A stretch of DNA of 64,000 nt, taken from contig JAFUGS010000020.1 of NCBI GenBank assembly GCA_017469265.1, positions 87,808 to 151,807 of the forward strand. Reading direction: 5' to 3'. The translations under genes were made by a program, and so were the position numbers. Under the pieces are notes generated by a model. That model ran no database searches, had not been told where the DNA came from, and saw only the letters and a list, made by a program, of their open reading frames with translations. This DNA comes from Clostridia bacterium. Lineage in GTDB: Bacteria; Bacillota; Clostridia; Christensenellales; Aristaeellaceae. Shown here piece after piece: positions 8,635-17,445 of this stretch (the first letter of the stretch is position 1; each line of letters opens with the position of its first letter).

Positions 8635-11600
8635 TTATGCATCCTTGCCCTGGCCTTCCGCCGGCTGAAACCGGAAACCGTACAGATCGAACTGACAGCC
8701 CGGCAGGAATACCAGGCTTACCCTGTTGACGCCCGGCAGCGCGGTGACCTTGAAAGTCTGCTGCCCTTTCTCCGTCCCGCTGAAGGGCAGCACTTCGGTC
8801 TGGCTGTCCCCCGCCGCGTTTTCCATGCGAAGGGAAATGGCGTTGGTTTCCAGCGGTGTGCGGCCTTCCACGGTCACATGTGTTTTTCCGCCCGGGCCAA
8901 AGTCCATCTCCTCCCAGACGAGCGTCACGTTGTTCCCTATGTCCAGAACCGCGCTGCCCTCCCGGCGGAAGCTGTCCCCGTACAGGGCATCCGCCTCCCC
9001 GGCCCGCTGCCAGGCGAAGGCCCGGTTTTGCCGCTCGAAGCGGAAGCCCTTGAAGTGGAACTTATGCTCGGCCACAAAGCACAGCGTATGCAGCCCGGTC
9101 AGCCGCTCCGGCAGGGTATAGGTTTCCTGCTGATAAACATTCCAGATGCTCTTTTTCTGATAGCGCAGCGTCGTGATCAGCCGCCCGCCCTGCCCCGGAT
9201 GACCGTCGTACAGGCGCAGGTCGTAGGGATCATCATTCAGGGTAAAGATGCTCAGGGTCACCCGGTCGCTGCCGTCCCGGCCAAAGTCCAGGCCCGAGAA
9301 GCCGACCATGCTGTCTCCGCTGTCCCGGGCAAAGGCAATTCCCTTTTCGTTCCCGGCGCCTATCTCCCCGTCGGACAGGTCGTAAAGCCCGGCGCTGATG
9401 AATTCACAGGGATCCAGGCCAACCTGACCCATTCCCCGGATGCGCAGCTCCATCTGGCTGATCTGCTCCGGATGATGATCCACCGCGTTGCCGTACAGCG
9501 CCCGAAGCCAGATTTCCCCATCGCCCCTGGCCCGGACCCGGATACCGTCTTTCTCCGGAATGATCTCCGCGCAGGGAGCCGGAATGCCCGTAGCCGTGGT
9601 CACCTGCCATTCCAGGTCGAAGGCCGTGGCATTTTCCGGCCACGCGTGCCAGGCAAACCGGAGCTCCGGTTTGTCAGGATTCATTTCCTGCCCGTCCAGC
9701 GGTAAGATTTCAACCCGGCGGATCGGGATTTCCGCGGACGCTTCCGTGTATGGGATCTCCATCACCGGACAGGCGGACCGGGACGCGGAAGGCGCTGTCT
9801 CCAGCCGCAGCGCCGCGGTGACGCCCGCCGTCGTCCGCAGAACGATCTCCACGGGTTCTTCCTGTCCGTTGCTGCCGACAATCAGTGCCAGCTTTCCGCC
9901 GAAAAGCCGTTTGGTACAGCCTTTATACGCATCCGTGTCCGACGGATCCCCATTATCCATGCCCAGCAGGGCGCCGCCGCCGGCAACCCGCGCCATCACC
10001 CGGTCCCGGGCATTTGCCACCGGATTCCCGTCCCGGTCCATCGCCTCCACGGTGACAAAGGTCAGGTCGTTTCCATCCGCCCGCAGCGTCTCCTTTTCCG
10101 CCGTGACGCGCAGGGAGGCCGTGTCACCGAAGCTGTGACGGACATCCCGACAGATCTCCCGCCCGCTTTCATCCAGTCCGAAAGCTTCCAGCCGCCCCGC
10201 CTCATAGGGTACTTTCCAGATGCCGAGGCAATGCGCGGGATCCCGGTGGTTCAGCTTCTGAACGCCGAGGCTCCGTCCGTTCAGCCGCAGCTCCACCGCC
10301 GGGCAGCTGCTCATGGCCCGTATATCAATCATCTGGCCCGGGTTCCAGTCCCAATGGATACCGATATGCACCATCGGCTTTTCCGTCCACAGGCTCTGGA
10401 AAAGATAGTAGGAATCCTTCGGGAAGCCCGCCGTATCCACCTGCCCGAAATAGCAGCTCCGGGTATGATAGGGGGTGGGTTCCCCGATATAATCCATGCC
10501 GCTCCAGATAAACTGGCCCATGCTGTAGGGGTTGTTCAGGTCGTCCACGATCATTTTGGCCAGGTTCTGGGCTCCCCAGCTGGAAACGCTGTTTCCCAGG
10601 CTGGAGCACTGAAGGTCCACATCGCTGAGGATGGTCTTGTCCATCGGGAAGTGATAGATTCCCCGGCTGCTCAGCACGCTGGCTGTCTCACTGCCGTAGA
10701 TCACCCAGTCCGGATGTGCGGCGTGATGCTGATCATAGAATTTCTCCGCGTAATTGTATCCGGGAATCTTCACGACCTCCGCGCAGCGCTGAGCGCCTTC
10801 CCAGGGCATATAATTGCTGCCGAAGGTCACCTCCGCGTGGCGCGCCGGGTCGTGAGCGCGTACCTGTTCCATCAGCATACGGGTTACCTCCGTCCCCCGC
10901 ATGTCCGCGAACATATCGTAGATCTCATTCCCGATGGACCACATGATCACGCAGGCGTGATTCCGGTCCCGCCGGACCCAGGACGCCACATCCTCCGCCT
11001 CATGTTCGGAAAAGAAGCGGGCATAATCATAGGTGGTTTTAGGCCGCTCCCACATATCCAGGACCTCGTCATCCACCAGGATGCCCATCTCATCGCATAT
11101 GTCCAGCAGCTGCCGGGCCGGTGGATTGTGGCTGGTGCGCAGCGCGTTCACCCCCATGTCCCGCAGGATGCGCAGCTGGCGCCGGGCCGCTTCCGGATGA
11201 AAAGCAGCGCCCAGGGCGCCCAGATCATGATGGTTGCAGACGCCCCGCAGCTTCAGACGCTCCCCATTGATCCAGAAGCCGGAATCCGGGTCAAACCGCA
11301 GGGTACGCAGGCCAATCCGGCAGGCTTCCCGCTGAAGGCCCATCCTGTATTCCAGCGTGTACAGACGGGGATGCGCGGGGCTCCAGGTTTCTCCGCCCCT
11401 GATTCGCAGAACCGCCTCAGCCCTCCCTTCCCGGGCTTCCGCGTCAGCTTCCGCCACGGCCATTTCGGAAGGATCCAGCAGGCGGAAAGAAATCTCCCCG
11501 TCCCCGGTGGTTTCCATCTGTGCCCGGATCTCCCATCCGTCCTCCACGGGACGCGTGATGGTGTACAGGCTGTCTGGGACCATATGCGTCTTCGGCAGCC

Positions 11601-12039
11601 TGGCCAGGCGCACATCCCGGTAGATCCCGCTGCCGGAGTACCAGCGGCTGTTGGGGCTCTGATGCCGGATATGCACCAGAATCTCGTTCTCCCCGGCCCG
11701 CAGCTTTCCGCTCAGGTCCACGTCAAAAGCGGTATAGCCATAGGCATGGGAAGCCAGCACCTCCCCGTTCAGCAGTAAGTCGCAGTCCATGTAGACGCCG
11801 TCAAACCGGAGCAGGGTCACCTTTTCCTGATCCGCGGGCAGCGTAAGCGTCCGCCGGTACCAGGCATCCGCGCTTTCGTACAGGTCGTCAGCCTGCCAGA
11901 TCAGCCAGTCATGAGGAAGGCGCACCTCCCGCCAGTCCGGGGACGCCTTCGCGTCGGACAGGCTGCTGCCCAGGGGCAGTTTTACAAAGCGCCATCCATC
12001 ATTCAGCAGCCACTCTCCGATTCCTTCTCCTCTTGCCAT
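8635..12039 (-). CDS. GH2 beta-galactosidase-like glycoside hydrolase with C-terminal CBM6-like beta-sandwich modules
   Basis: LRFDGVYMD, SRWYSGSGIYR, LRGVCNHHD, RTSHNPP, acid/base WSIGNE, nucleophile YGSET, QFIWSGMDYIGEP. No signal peptide. Start taken as the ATG after SD AGGAGG. Confidence 0.9.
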   Translation of the reverse strand: MARGEGIGEWLLNDGWRFVKLPLGSSLSDAKASPDWREVRLPHDWLIWQADDLYESADAWYRRTLTLPADQEKVTLLRFDGVYMDCDLLLNGEVLASHAYGYTAFDVDLSGKLRAGENEILVHIRHQSPNSRWYSGSGIYRDVRLARLPKTHMVPDSLYTITRPVEDGWEIRAQMETTGDGEISFRLLDPSEMAVAEADAEAREGRAEAVLRIRGGETWSPAHPRLYTLEYRMGLQREACRIGLRTLRFDPDSGFWINGERLKLRGVCNHHDLGALGAAFHPEAARRQLRILRDMGVNALRTSHNPPARQLLDICDEMGILVDDEVLDMWERPKTTYDYARFFSEHEAEDVASWVRRDRNHACVIMWSIGNEIYDMFADMRGTEVTRMLMEQVRAHDPARHAEVTFGSNYMPWEGAQRCAEVVKIPGYNYAEKFYDQHHAAHPDWVIYGSETASVLSSRGIYHFPMDKTILSDVDLQCSSLGNSVSSWGAQNLAKMIVDDLNNPYSMGQFIWSGMDYIGEPTPYHTRSCYFGQVDTAGFPKDSYYLFQSLWTEKPMVHIGIHWDWNPGQMIDIRAMSSCPAVELRLNGRSLGVQKLNHRDPAHCLGIWKVPYEAGRLEAFGLDESGREICRDVRHSFGDTASLRVTAEKETLRADGNDLTFVTVEAMDRDGNPVANARDRVMARVAGGGALLGMDNGDPSDTDAYKGCTKRLFGGKLALIVGSNGQEEPVEIVLRTTAGVTAALRLETAPSASRSACPVMEIPYTEASAEIPIRRVEILPLDGQEMNPDKPELRFAWHAWPENATAFDLEWQVTTATGIPAPCAEIIPEKDGIRVRARGDGEIWLRALYGNAVDHHPEQISQMELRIRGMGQVGLDPCEFISAGLYDLSDGEIGAGNEKGIAFARDSGDSMVGFSGLDFGRDGSDRVTLSIFTLNDDPYDLRLYDGHPGQGGRLITTLRYQKKSIWNVYQQETYTLPERLTGLHTLCFVAEHKFHFKGFRFERQNRAFAWQRAGEADALYGDSFRREGSAVLDIGNNVTLVWEEMDFGPGGKTHVTVEGRTPLETNAISLRMENAAGDSQTEVLPFSGTEKGQQTFKVTALPGVNRVSLVFLPGCQFDLYGFRFQPAEGQGKDA

Positions 12040-12053
12040 CATACCCTCCTGCC

Positions 12054-12503
12054 TCACTGCTTCCAGTATTCAAGGTTCATTTCGTTGGTGGACGCGTAAT
12101 GGCCCTGCATGTTCAGCTCATACCGCAGGTGCACCTTGCCGCCATCCGGCGCTTCGTCCCATCGGACCTCCCGGGTGTAAACCGCCATGTCCATATCCCC
12201 GAAGGGGGTCTGATACCGGGTTTCGAACCGTTTGTTCCGCTGGAACAGCATCGTGGTGGAAAAATCACCCGTCCGGTTCATGGTCACCTGGTGCTTTTTC
12301 AGCACCAACTGGATGTCCGCCTGAATCGTCTCCCCGGTATCCTCATCCTGCTGCGACTCCTGGTATCGCAGGATGGAAAAATCCTCCCCGGGGAAAAAGC
12401 GTCCGGTGGTCATCAGCTGGATGGGCTCGTTGCTCATATCGTCATAGCTGGCGATGGACGCCAGATGAATGACCACGGGAAGGCCCTGCTGCGCTGTATC
12501 CAT
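12054..12503 (-). CDS. DUF1934 family protein (beta-barrel)
   Basis: 149 aa with pattern VTMNRTGDFSTTMLFQRNKRFETRYQTPFG...KVHLRYEL. Confidence 0.8.
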   Translation of the reverse strand: MDTAQQGLPVVIHLASIASYDDMSNEPIQLMTTGRFFPGEDFSILRYQESQQDEDTGETIQADIQLVLKKHQVTMNRTGDFSTTMLFQRNKRFETRYQTPFGDMDMAVYTREVRWDEAPDGGKVHLRYELNMQGHYASTNEMNLEYWKQ

Positions 12504-12728
12504 CTACTCACCTCGTTCGTCAGGAAAGCGCCGGAAAATGCCGACAGCACGCTTCCTGTTTTCACGTCATTTCAAAGGGGAATCCCCCGCGCCGGCTCCC
12601 CTGGGCACGCCCAGGCGTCATTGGCTCTTAGTGTACCTTCTTTTCCGACGCTTTGCAAGAATCCCTTGCATCTTTTTCAATCTTTCGGTAATATAAACTG
12701 AAAAGAAAAAGCACCGGAGGCCTGCCTC

Positions 12729-13598
12729 ATGCAGCTGAACGCAAAAGCCAAAATCAACTGGTCCCTGGATATCACCGGCGTCCGGGAGGATGGCTATCAT
12801 CTGATGGACATGCTGATGCAGCCTGTGGAGCTCTGCGATACCATCACCCTTTTCCCGGCGGACACCCTGTCCCTCACCACCGCGGGGACGCCCCTGCTGA
12901 AGGCGGACGAGCGTCATCTGGCCATGCGCGCCGCAACGCTGCTGAAGGAAGCTACCGGCTATGGCGGCGGCGCCGATATTTCCGTTTTTAAGCGCGTGCC
13001 CGTCGGCGCGGGCATGGGCGGTGGCAGCGCCGACGCGGCGGCCGTGCTCTTCGGCCTGAACCGGCTCTGGGGGACGGGGCTGTCCGGCGCGGAGCTGGAG
13101 CAGCTGGGGCTGACGCTGGGGGCGGATATCCCCTTCTGTCTTCGCGGCGGTCTGACCCGTACCCGGGGCATTGGGGAAGACATGGAAAACCTCCCCTGCG
13201 GCCGGCTTTATCCGCTCGTGGTGATTCAGCCATGCCGTGGTTTATCCACCCGGGAGGTCTTTGGCGCTTTTACCCTGTCGGACGACCTGACGCACCCGGA
13301 TACGGAGGCCTCCATCCGCGCCTTGGCCGAGGGAGATCTTGCGCCTCTTCGCCGCAGTTTAAACAACGTGTTGCAGCCTGTATCCGTACGGATGAGGCCG
13401 GAGATTGGCCGCTGCCTGCAGCGCCTGAAGGAAGCCGGCGCGGAGGTCGCCCTGATGACCGGCAGCGGCAGCGCCGTCTTTGGTGTTTTTCGGACCACCG
13501 CGAAAGCCCGAGCCGCCTTCTCCCGTCTTGCGCTGGTCTGGCCTCACACCTTTCTGACTCATACCAGCCTGTCCAGTCTGGATCTGGTCAGTGAATGA
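12729..13598 (+). CDS. ispE: 4-diphosphocytidyl-2-C-methyl-D-erythritol kinase
   Basis: AKAKINWSLDI, GYHLMDMLM, KRVPVGAGMGGGSADAA, GADIPF, MTGSGSAVFG. Confidence 0.96.
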   Translation: MQLNAKAKINWSLDITGVREDGYHLMDMLMQPVELCDTITLFPADTLSLTTAGTPLLKADERHLAMRAATLLKEATGYGGGADISVFKRVPVGAGMGGGSADAAAVLFGLNRLWGTGLSGAELEQLGLTLGADIPFCLRGGLTRTRGIGEDMENLPCGRLYPLVVIQPCRGLSTREVFGAFTLSDDLTHPDTEASIRALAEGDLAPLRRSLNNVLQPVSVRMRPEIGRCLQRLKEAGAEVALMTGSGSAVFGVFRTTAKARAAFSRLALVWPHTFLTHTSLSSLDLVSE

Positions 13599-13715
13599 GT
13601 TGGTTCCAGGAACGACATTGCCCAGTTCGCCCCGGTCTCCGCGAAAACGGGACGATCTCCCCTTCCGGCATGCTTCGTTTCCCTCTTCCCCCGTGTTGAA
13701 AGGAGCGTTTGATTC

Positions 13716-14618
13716 ATGAAACGCGCGCTTGCGCTGCTTTTCGCCCTGTTGCTGCTGCCGTCGTTCTCCTTCGCGGCGGATGGCACAGACCGGCTGGAGC
13801 CGGTCCTCCTGGTGCCGGATTATGTGACCTGGCTGCTGGAGGTTGCCAGCGAGGAGGTGGGGTACCGGGAAGGAGATCATGGCTACAGCAAGTACGGCGA
13901 CTGGGCCGGGGATCCGTATGCCCAGTGGTGCGCGGAGTTCCTCTGCTGGTGTGTGGATCAGGTGGATCAGCGCCATGGCACCCATCTTCTGGGGCGGATT
14001 TATCCTCTGTACTCCGGGCAGAACACCGGCCGGGCCTGGTTCATCCGGGCGGGACGGTTCATCGTCCGGAAGGGCGAGGTGGACGGCTGGGGATATGAAT
14101 GGCTGAAGGGAAAGCGCAGCTACATCCGGTCCGGCGACTATATCCCCCAGCCTGGGGATTATGTCTTCTTTACCTGGACTTCCGGCGTGGATACGGATCA
14201 TGTGGCGCTGGTGGAGTACTGCGCCAGAAACGCGGAAGGGAAAGTCGAAATCCACGTCATCGAGGGGAATAATCCTGTAGGGGTTGCCCGGAATGTTTAT
14301 CCCCTTTCCAACACGCAGATTCTGGGTTACGGCACCGTACATGATCTGGCGGATATCACCATGCGTTTCGGTAATTCCGGCGAAAAGGTCCGCCAGCTCC
14401 AGGAAAACCTGTCCTACCTGGGCTACCTCGAATCCCGTTACGTTACGGGGGACTTTGGCAACGCCACCGCCGCAGCCGTCCGCGGTTTCCAGGCCGCCTG
14501 CGGCCTGCGGACCAGCTCCATCGCCAACATGGAGACGCAGCTCCGCCTGCAGGAGGAGGTTGACAAAAAAAAGGATCAGGATCCCCTGACCTGGACCGTC
14601 GTGGATGAGGATGACTGA
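13716..14618 (+). CDS. Secreted CHAP/NlpC-P60-like cysteine hydrolase with C-terminal peptidoglycan-binding domain
   Basis: Signal peptide MKRALALLFALLLLPSFSFA, QWCAEFLCWC, PQPGDYVFF, DHVALVE, IEGN, and PG_binding_1-like VRQLQENLSYLGY...GDFGNATAAAVRGFQ. Confidence 0.8.
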   Translation: MKRALALLFALLLLPSFSFAADGTDRLEPVLLVPDYVTWLLEVASEEVGYREGDHGYSKYGDWAGDPYAQWCAEFLCWCVDQVDQRHGTHLLGRIYPLYSGQNTGRAWFIRAGRFIVRKGEVDGWGYEWLKGKRSYIRSGDYIPQPGDYVFFTWTSGVDTDHVALVEYCARNAEGKVEIHVIEGNNPVGVARNVYPLSNTQILGYGTVHDLADITMRFGNSGEKVRQLQENLSYLGYLESRYVTGDFGNATAAAVRGFQAACGLRTSSIANMETQLRLQEEVDKKKDQDPLTWTVVDEDD

Positions 14619-14656
14619 TTCGCAGGCTTCCCTTATACCCGCAAGAGCCACACTAA

Positions 14657-14693
14657 TAAAGAAGACGCCGGCGTCAGTCAGCGTCTTCTTTTT
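14657..14693. terminator. Bidirectional terminator between the convergent CHAP gene and dapF
   Basis: AAGAAGACGC-12 nt-GCGTCTTCTT with A and T runs on either side. Confidence 0.7.
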
Positions 14694-15531
14694 CGTCCCA
14701 GTTTCCGTCGAACACGAAGGCCGCGGGGCCGGTCATCAGCACATGCCCGGAAGCTTCGTCCCAGCGGATCCGCAGGTCGCCGCCGTTCAGCTTCAGCGTG
14801 GCCTCGCGCTCCGTCAGCCCATTGAGCACCGCCGCCACCAGCGTCGCGCAGGCGCCGGTGCCGCAGGCCAGCGTTTCCCCGCTTCCCCGCTCCCAGACCC
14901 GCATGCGGATGGTTTCCCGATCCAGGACGCGGGCAAATTCCGTATTGATCCGCCGGGGGAAAGCGGAATGATGCTCAAACCGCGGCCCCCAGCTTTCGAT
15001 GGGCCAGTCCTCAACCTCGTCCTGAAACACCACGCAATGCGGATTGCCCATGCTGACGCATGTCACCTGGAAAACCCTGTCCGCGACCTGCATCGGCACG
15101 TGAATCAGCGCTCCCGAATCATCATCCATCCTGGCGGGAATCTGCTCCGGCCGCAGTGCCGGGGCGCCCATATCTACCTGAACGGCGGAAACCGTTCCGT
15201 TTTTCAGGAGGAGCCGCAGCATTTTCACGCCCGCGCCGGTCTCCAGCCTGACCTCCGTCCGGTCAGTCAGGCCCCTGTCATAGACATATTTCCCCACGCA
15301 TCGGCTCGCGTTGCCGCACATTTCCGCCTCGCTGCCGTCCGCGTTATACATCCGCATCCGAAAATCCGCCTCATCACCGGGCAGGATCAGCACCAGCCCG
15401 TCTCCCCCGATGCCGAAATGCCGGTCGCTGACGCGGCGGGCCAGCGCGGAGGGATCCCGGGGGACCGGCCCCCGAACGCAGTCCAGGTAAATATAATCAT
15501 TGCCGATCCCCTGCATTTTTGTAAACTTCAT
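14674..15531 (-). CDS. dapF: Diaminopimelate epimerase
   Basis: MKFTKMQGIGNDY, IGGDG, NADGSEAEMCGNASRC, SMGNPH, ERGSGETLACGTGACA. Confidence 0.97.
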   Translation of the reverse strand: MKFTKMQGIGNDYIYLDCVRGPVPRDPSALARRVSDRHFGIGGDGLVLILPGDEADFRMRMYNADGSEAEMCGNASRCVGKYVYDRGLTDRTEVRLETGAGVKMLRLLLKNGTVSAVQVDMGAPALRPEQIPARMDDDSGALIHVPMQVADRVFQVTCVSMGNPHCVVFQDEVEDWPIESWGPRFEHHSAFPRRINTEFARVLDRETIRMRVWERGSGETLACGTGACATLVAAVLNGLTEREATLKLNGGDLRIRWDEASGHVLMTGPAAFVFDGNWDEKEDAD

Positions 15532-16052
15532 TCCACCTGGCCCTCCGCCGCGAAGGCGACATGCTCCCGCACGGGCAGCGTCTCACTGTGCTCCGGCTGC
15601 TCATCCCGGATAAAGCGGTTCAGCTCCTTCAGCCGGTTGATGCGCCCCTGCACCCGATGCCCGGTCATGGTCTTGCTGCGGTATTTGTCGAAAAGCGCCC
15701 GTACGCCCATGGTCACCGGAATCGCGGCCCAGAAACCCGCTGCCCCCATGACCGCCGCGCCGACCCCCATGGCCGCGCCGGTTTTCACCATCCGGTAGGC
15801 GCCGTCCTTCAGGCCGGTTTTCCCCGGCTTTTTCTTCAGCAGAATCTTGGATCCCTCACTCACGGTGATGATGGCAAAGGGCAGAATGCCCGTCACGTTT
15901 TCCATCAGCTCCGTCAGCAGACCTGTTTCCTCCAGCAGTCCTGTGTCCACCGCCATTTCATCCATATAGGTCAGGCCGGTGGCCAGGGTATCAATCACCG
16001 TATCCCGCTGCCGTTTTCTGTATTCCTTTACCAGCTCCTCATAGGTCTTCAT
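15528..16052 (-). CDS. Hypothetical protein with a Gly/Ala-rich hydrophobic hairpin
   Basis: 174 aa, strong SD AAAGGAGG, ATGA overlap with dapF, segment GAAMGVGAAVMGAAGFWAAIPVTMGV. Confidence 0.85.
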   Translation of the reverse strand: MKTYEELVKEYRKRQRDTVIDTLATGLTYMDEMAVDTGLLEETGLLTELMENVTGILPFAIITVSEGSKILLKKKPGKTGLKDGAYRMVKTGAAMGVGAAVMGAAGFWAAIPVTMGVRALFDKYRSKTMTGHRVQGRINRLKELNRFIRDEQPEHSETLPVREHVAFAAEGQVE

Positions 16053-16069
16053 GGCGCACCTCCTTTGCT

Positions 16070-16516
16070 TCAGACCAGTTTCAGCACCAGGCTGACCGCA
16101 ATCACGGCCGCGGCGGCCACCACGATCAGCACAGTGATATCCCGGACAATATTCCGGTTCTTCTTTTCCTGTTTTTCCCGCTCCTTCGCATCCCGGCTGC
16201 TCTGCTTTTCCAGTGCGGCCAGCCGGTTTCTCAGCTCTGTCAGCACCCGGTCATGCTCCCGTTCCTGCTCGGTCAGGGTGGTTTCCATCTCTTCGAGGCG
16301 GCTGTCCAGCTTCTGCAGCCGGCGGTCCTCCTCGTTCATCAGGCTGTTCACTTCACCCCGCAGCTTGTTCTGGTCCTCACAGAGGCCTTCCGCCACCAGC
16401 GTCATTTCCGCTGTGAACTGCTCCATCAGCTGAGCTGAATCCTCTCCCTTGACCATCTTCAGCGCGTCGTTCCAAAGCTTTTTGGGTTTATTCATCAGGG
16501 TCGTTTCTTCGCTCAT
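16070..16516 (-). CDS. Hypothetical coiled-coil protein with a C-terminal transmembrane anchor
   Basis: 148 aa, SD AGGAG, charged heptad-like run, then ITVLIVVAAAAVIAVSLVLKLV at the C-terminus. Confidence 0.85.
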   Translation of the reverse strand: MSEETTLMNKPKKLWNDALKMVKGEDSAQLMEQFTAEMTLVAEGLCEDQNKLRGEVNSLMNEEDRRLQKLDSRLEEMETTLTEQEREHDRVLTELRNRLAALEKQSSRDAKEREKQEKKNRNIVRDITVLIVVAAAAVIAVSLVLKLV

Positions 16517-16527
16517 TTTCGCTTCTC

Positions 16528-17280
16528 CTATATTCGCAGGGTATACCGATCCCCCCGGATAAGCTGACGGCCTGTATAAAGCGGCCGGCCTTTCTGATCA
16601 TAGACCACCTGTTCCGCCAGCAGCAGCGTCGTTCCTTCCGCCACCTGCAGCAGCGCCGCTTCCTCCGCGTCAGCAGCCACCAGCGAAAGATCATAAATAC
16701 TTTTCTCCGCCTGAACACCGTATTCCTGCAGGGCCCGATACAGGCTGCCCCGCAGGCTGGCGTTTTCCAGCCAGGCGTAGGCCATGGAGAAATGGTTTTG
16801 CTCCAGGATCACTGGCTCCCCGTCCGCGGCCAACACCCGTCTGATCTCCAGTACCTGAGCGTCCTCCGGCAGATTCAGCCGCTTCCGATCCTCCGGAGCC
16901 GCGTCCAGCTCCCGCACCCGCAGTTTCTGGACGGAAGGCTTTTTCCCGGTCTCCCGGCAGGCGTCGTGAAAGCCCATCAGCGTCCGGGCTTTTCGCTCCT
17001 CCCGGGGCTGGGAAACAAAGGTGCCCTTACCCTGCTTTCGCTGCAGGAGCCCCGCGGCGGTCAGCTCCTGCAGGGCACGGCGGACCGTCACCCGGCTTAC
17101 CGTGTAGCGGACCTCAAGTTCATGCTCCGTGGGAATTTTGCTGCCCACGGGGTAAATTCCCTGAAGGATATCCATCCGGATCCGCTCCATGATCTGCGCG
17201 TACAGGGGGCTGACGCTCTCCATCTGCAAGGTTCCCTGTCCCATCCTTCCGTCCCCGCTCTCTTTCAAAGATTCCAACAT
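16528..17280 (-). CDS. GntR family (HutC subfamily, UTRA domain) transcriptional regulator; start may be 17244 or 17223
   Basis: PLYAQI...GSKIPTEHEL...VSRVTVRRAL...GKGTFV HTH, followed by a UTRA domain (GSLYRAL...IRGDRY). Confidence 0.93.
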   Translation of the reverse strand: MLESLKESGDGRMGQGTLQMESVSPLYAQIMERIRMDILQGIYPVGSKIPTEHELEVRYTVSRVTVRRALQELTAAGLLQRKQGKGTFVSQPREERKARTLMGFHDACRETGKKPSVQKLRVRELDAAPEDRKRLNLPEDAQVLEIRRVLAADGEPVILEQNHFSMAYAWLENASLRGSLYRALQEYGVQAEKSIYDLSLVAADAEEAALLQVAEGTTLLLAEQVVYDQKGRPLYTGRQLIRGDRYTLRI

Positions 17281-17295
17281 CCTATTGTCCTATAA

Positions 17296-17307
17296 TGTAT
17301 CAATACA
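17296..17307. promoter_or_regulatory. Palindrome, candidate GntR/HutC-type operator
   Basis: TGTAT-CA-ATACA overlapping the predicted gntR transcription start. Confidence 0.55.
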
Positions 17308-17312
17308 ATATT

Positions 17313-17341
17313 ATTATAGTATCTTTTCCGGGGATACGCAA
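17313..17341 (-). promoter_or_regulatory. Sigma-70 promoter for the gntR-hyp-hyp-dapF unit
   Basis: Minus strand TTGCGT-17 nt-TATAAT. Confidence 0.7.
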
Positions 17342-17445
17342 GCGTTTTCACAGGATTTTCATCTTCCGCCGAAAACGGAAAAAGGGATATGCCAACGCCC
17401 GTTTTTATGGTACAATAGCGCTATCTGTCCGAAGGAGTTTTTGAC

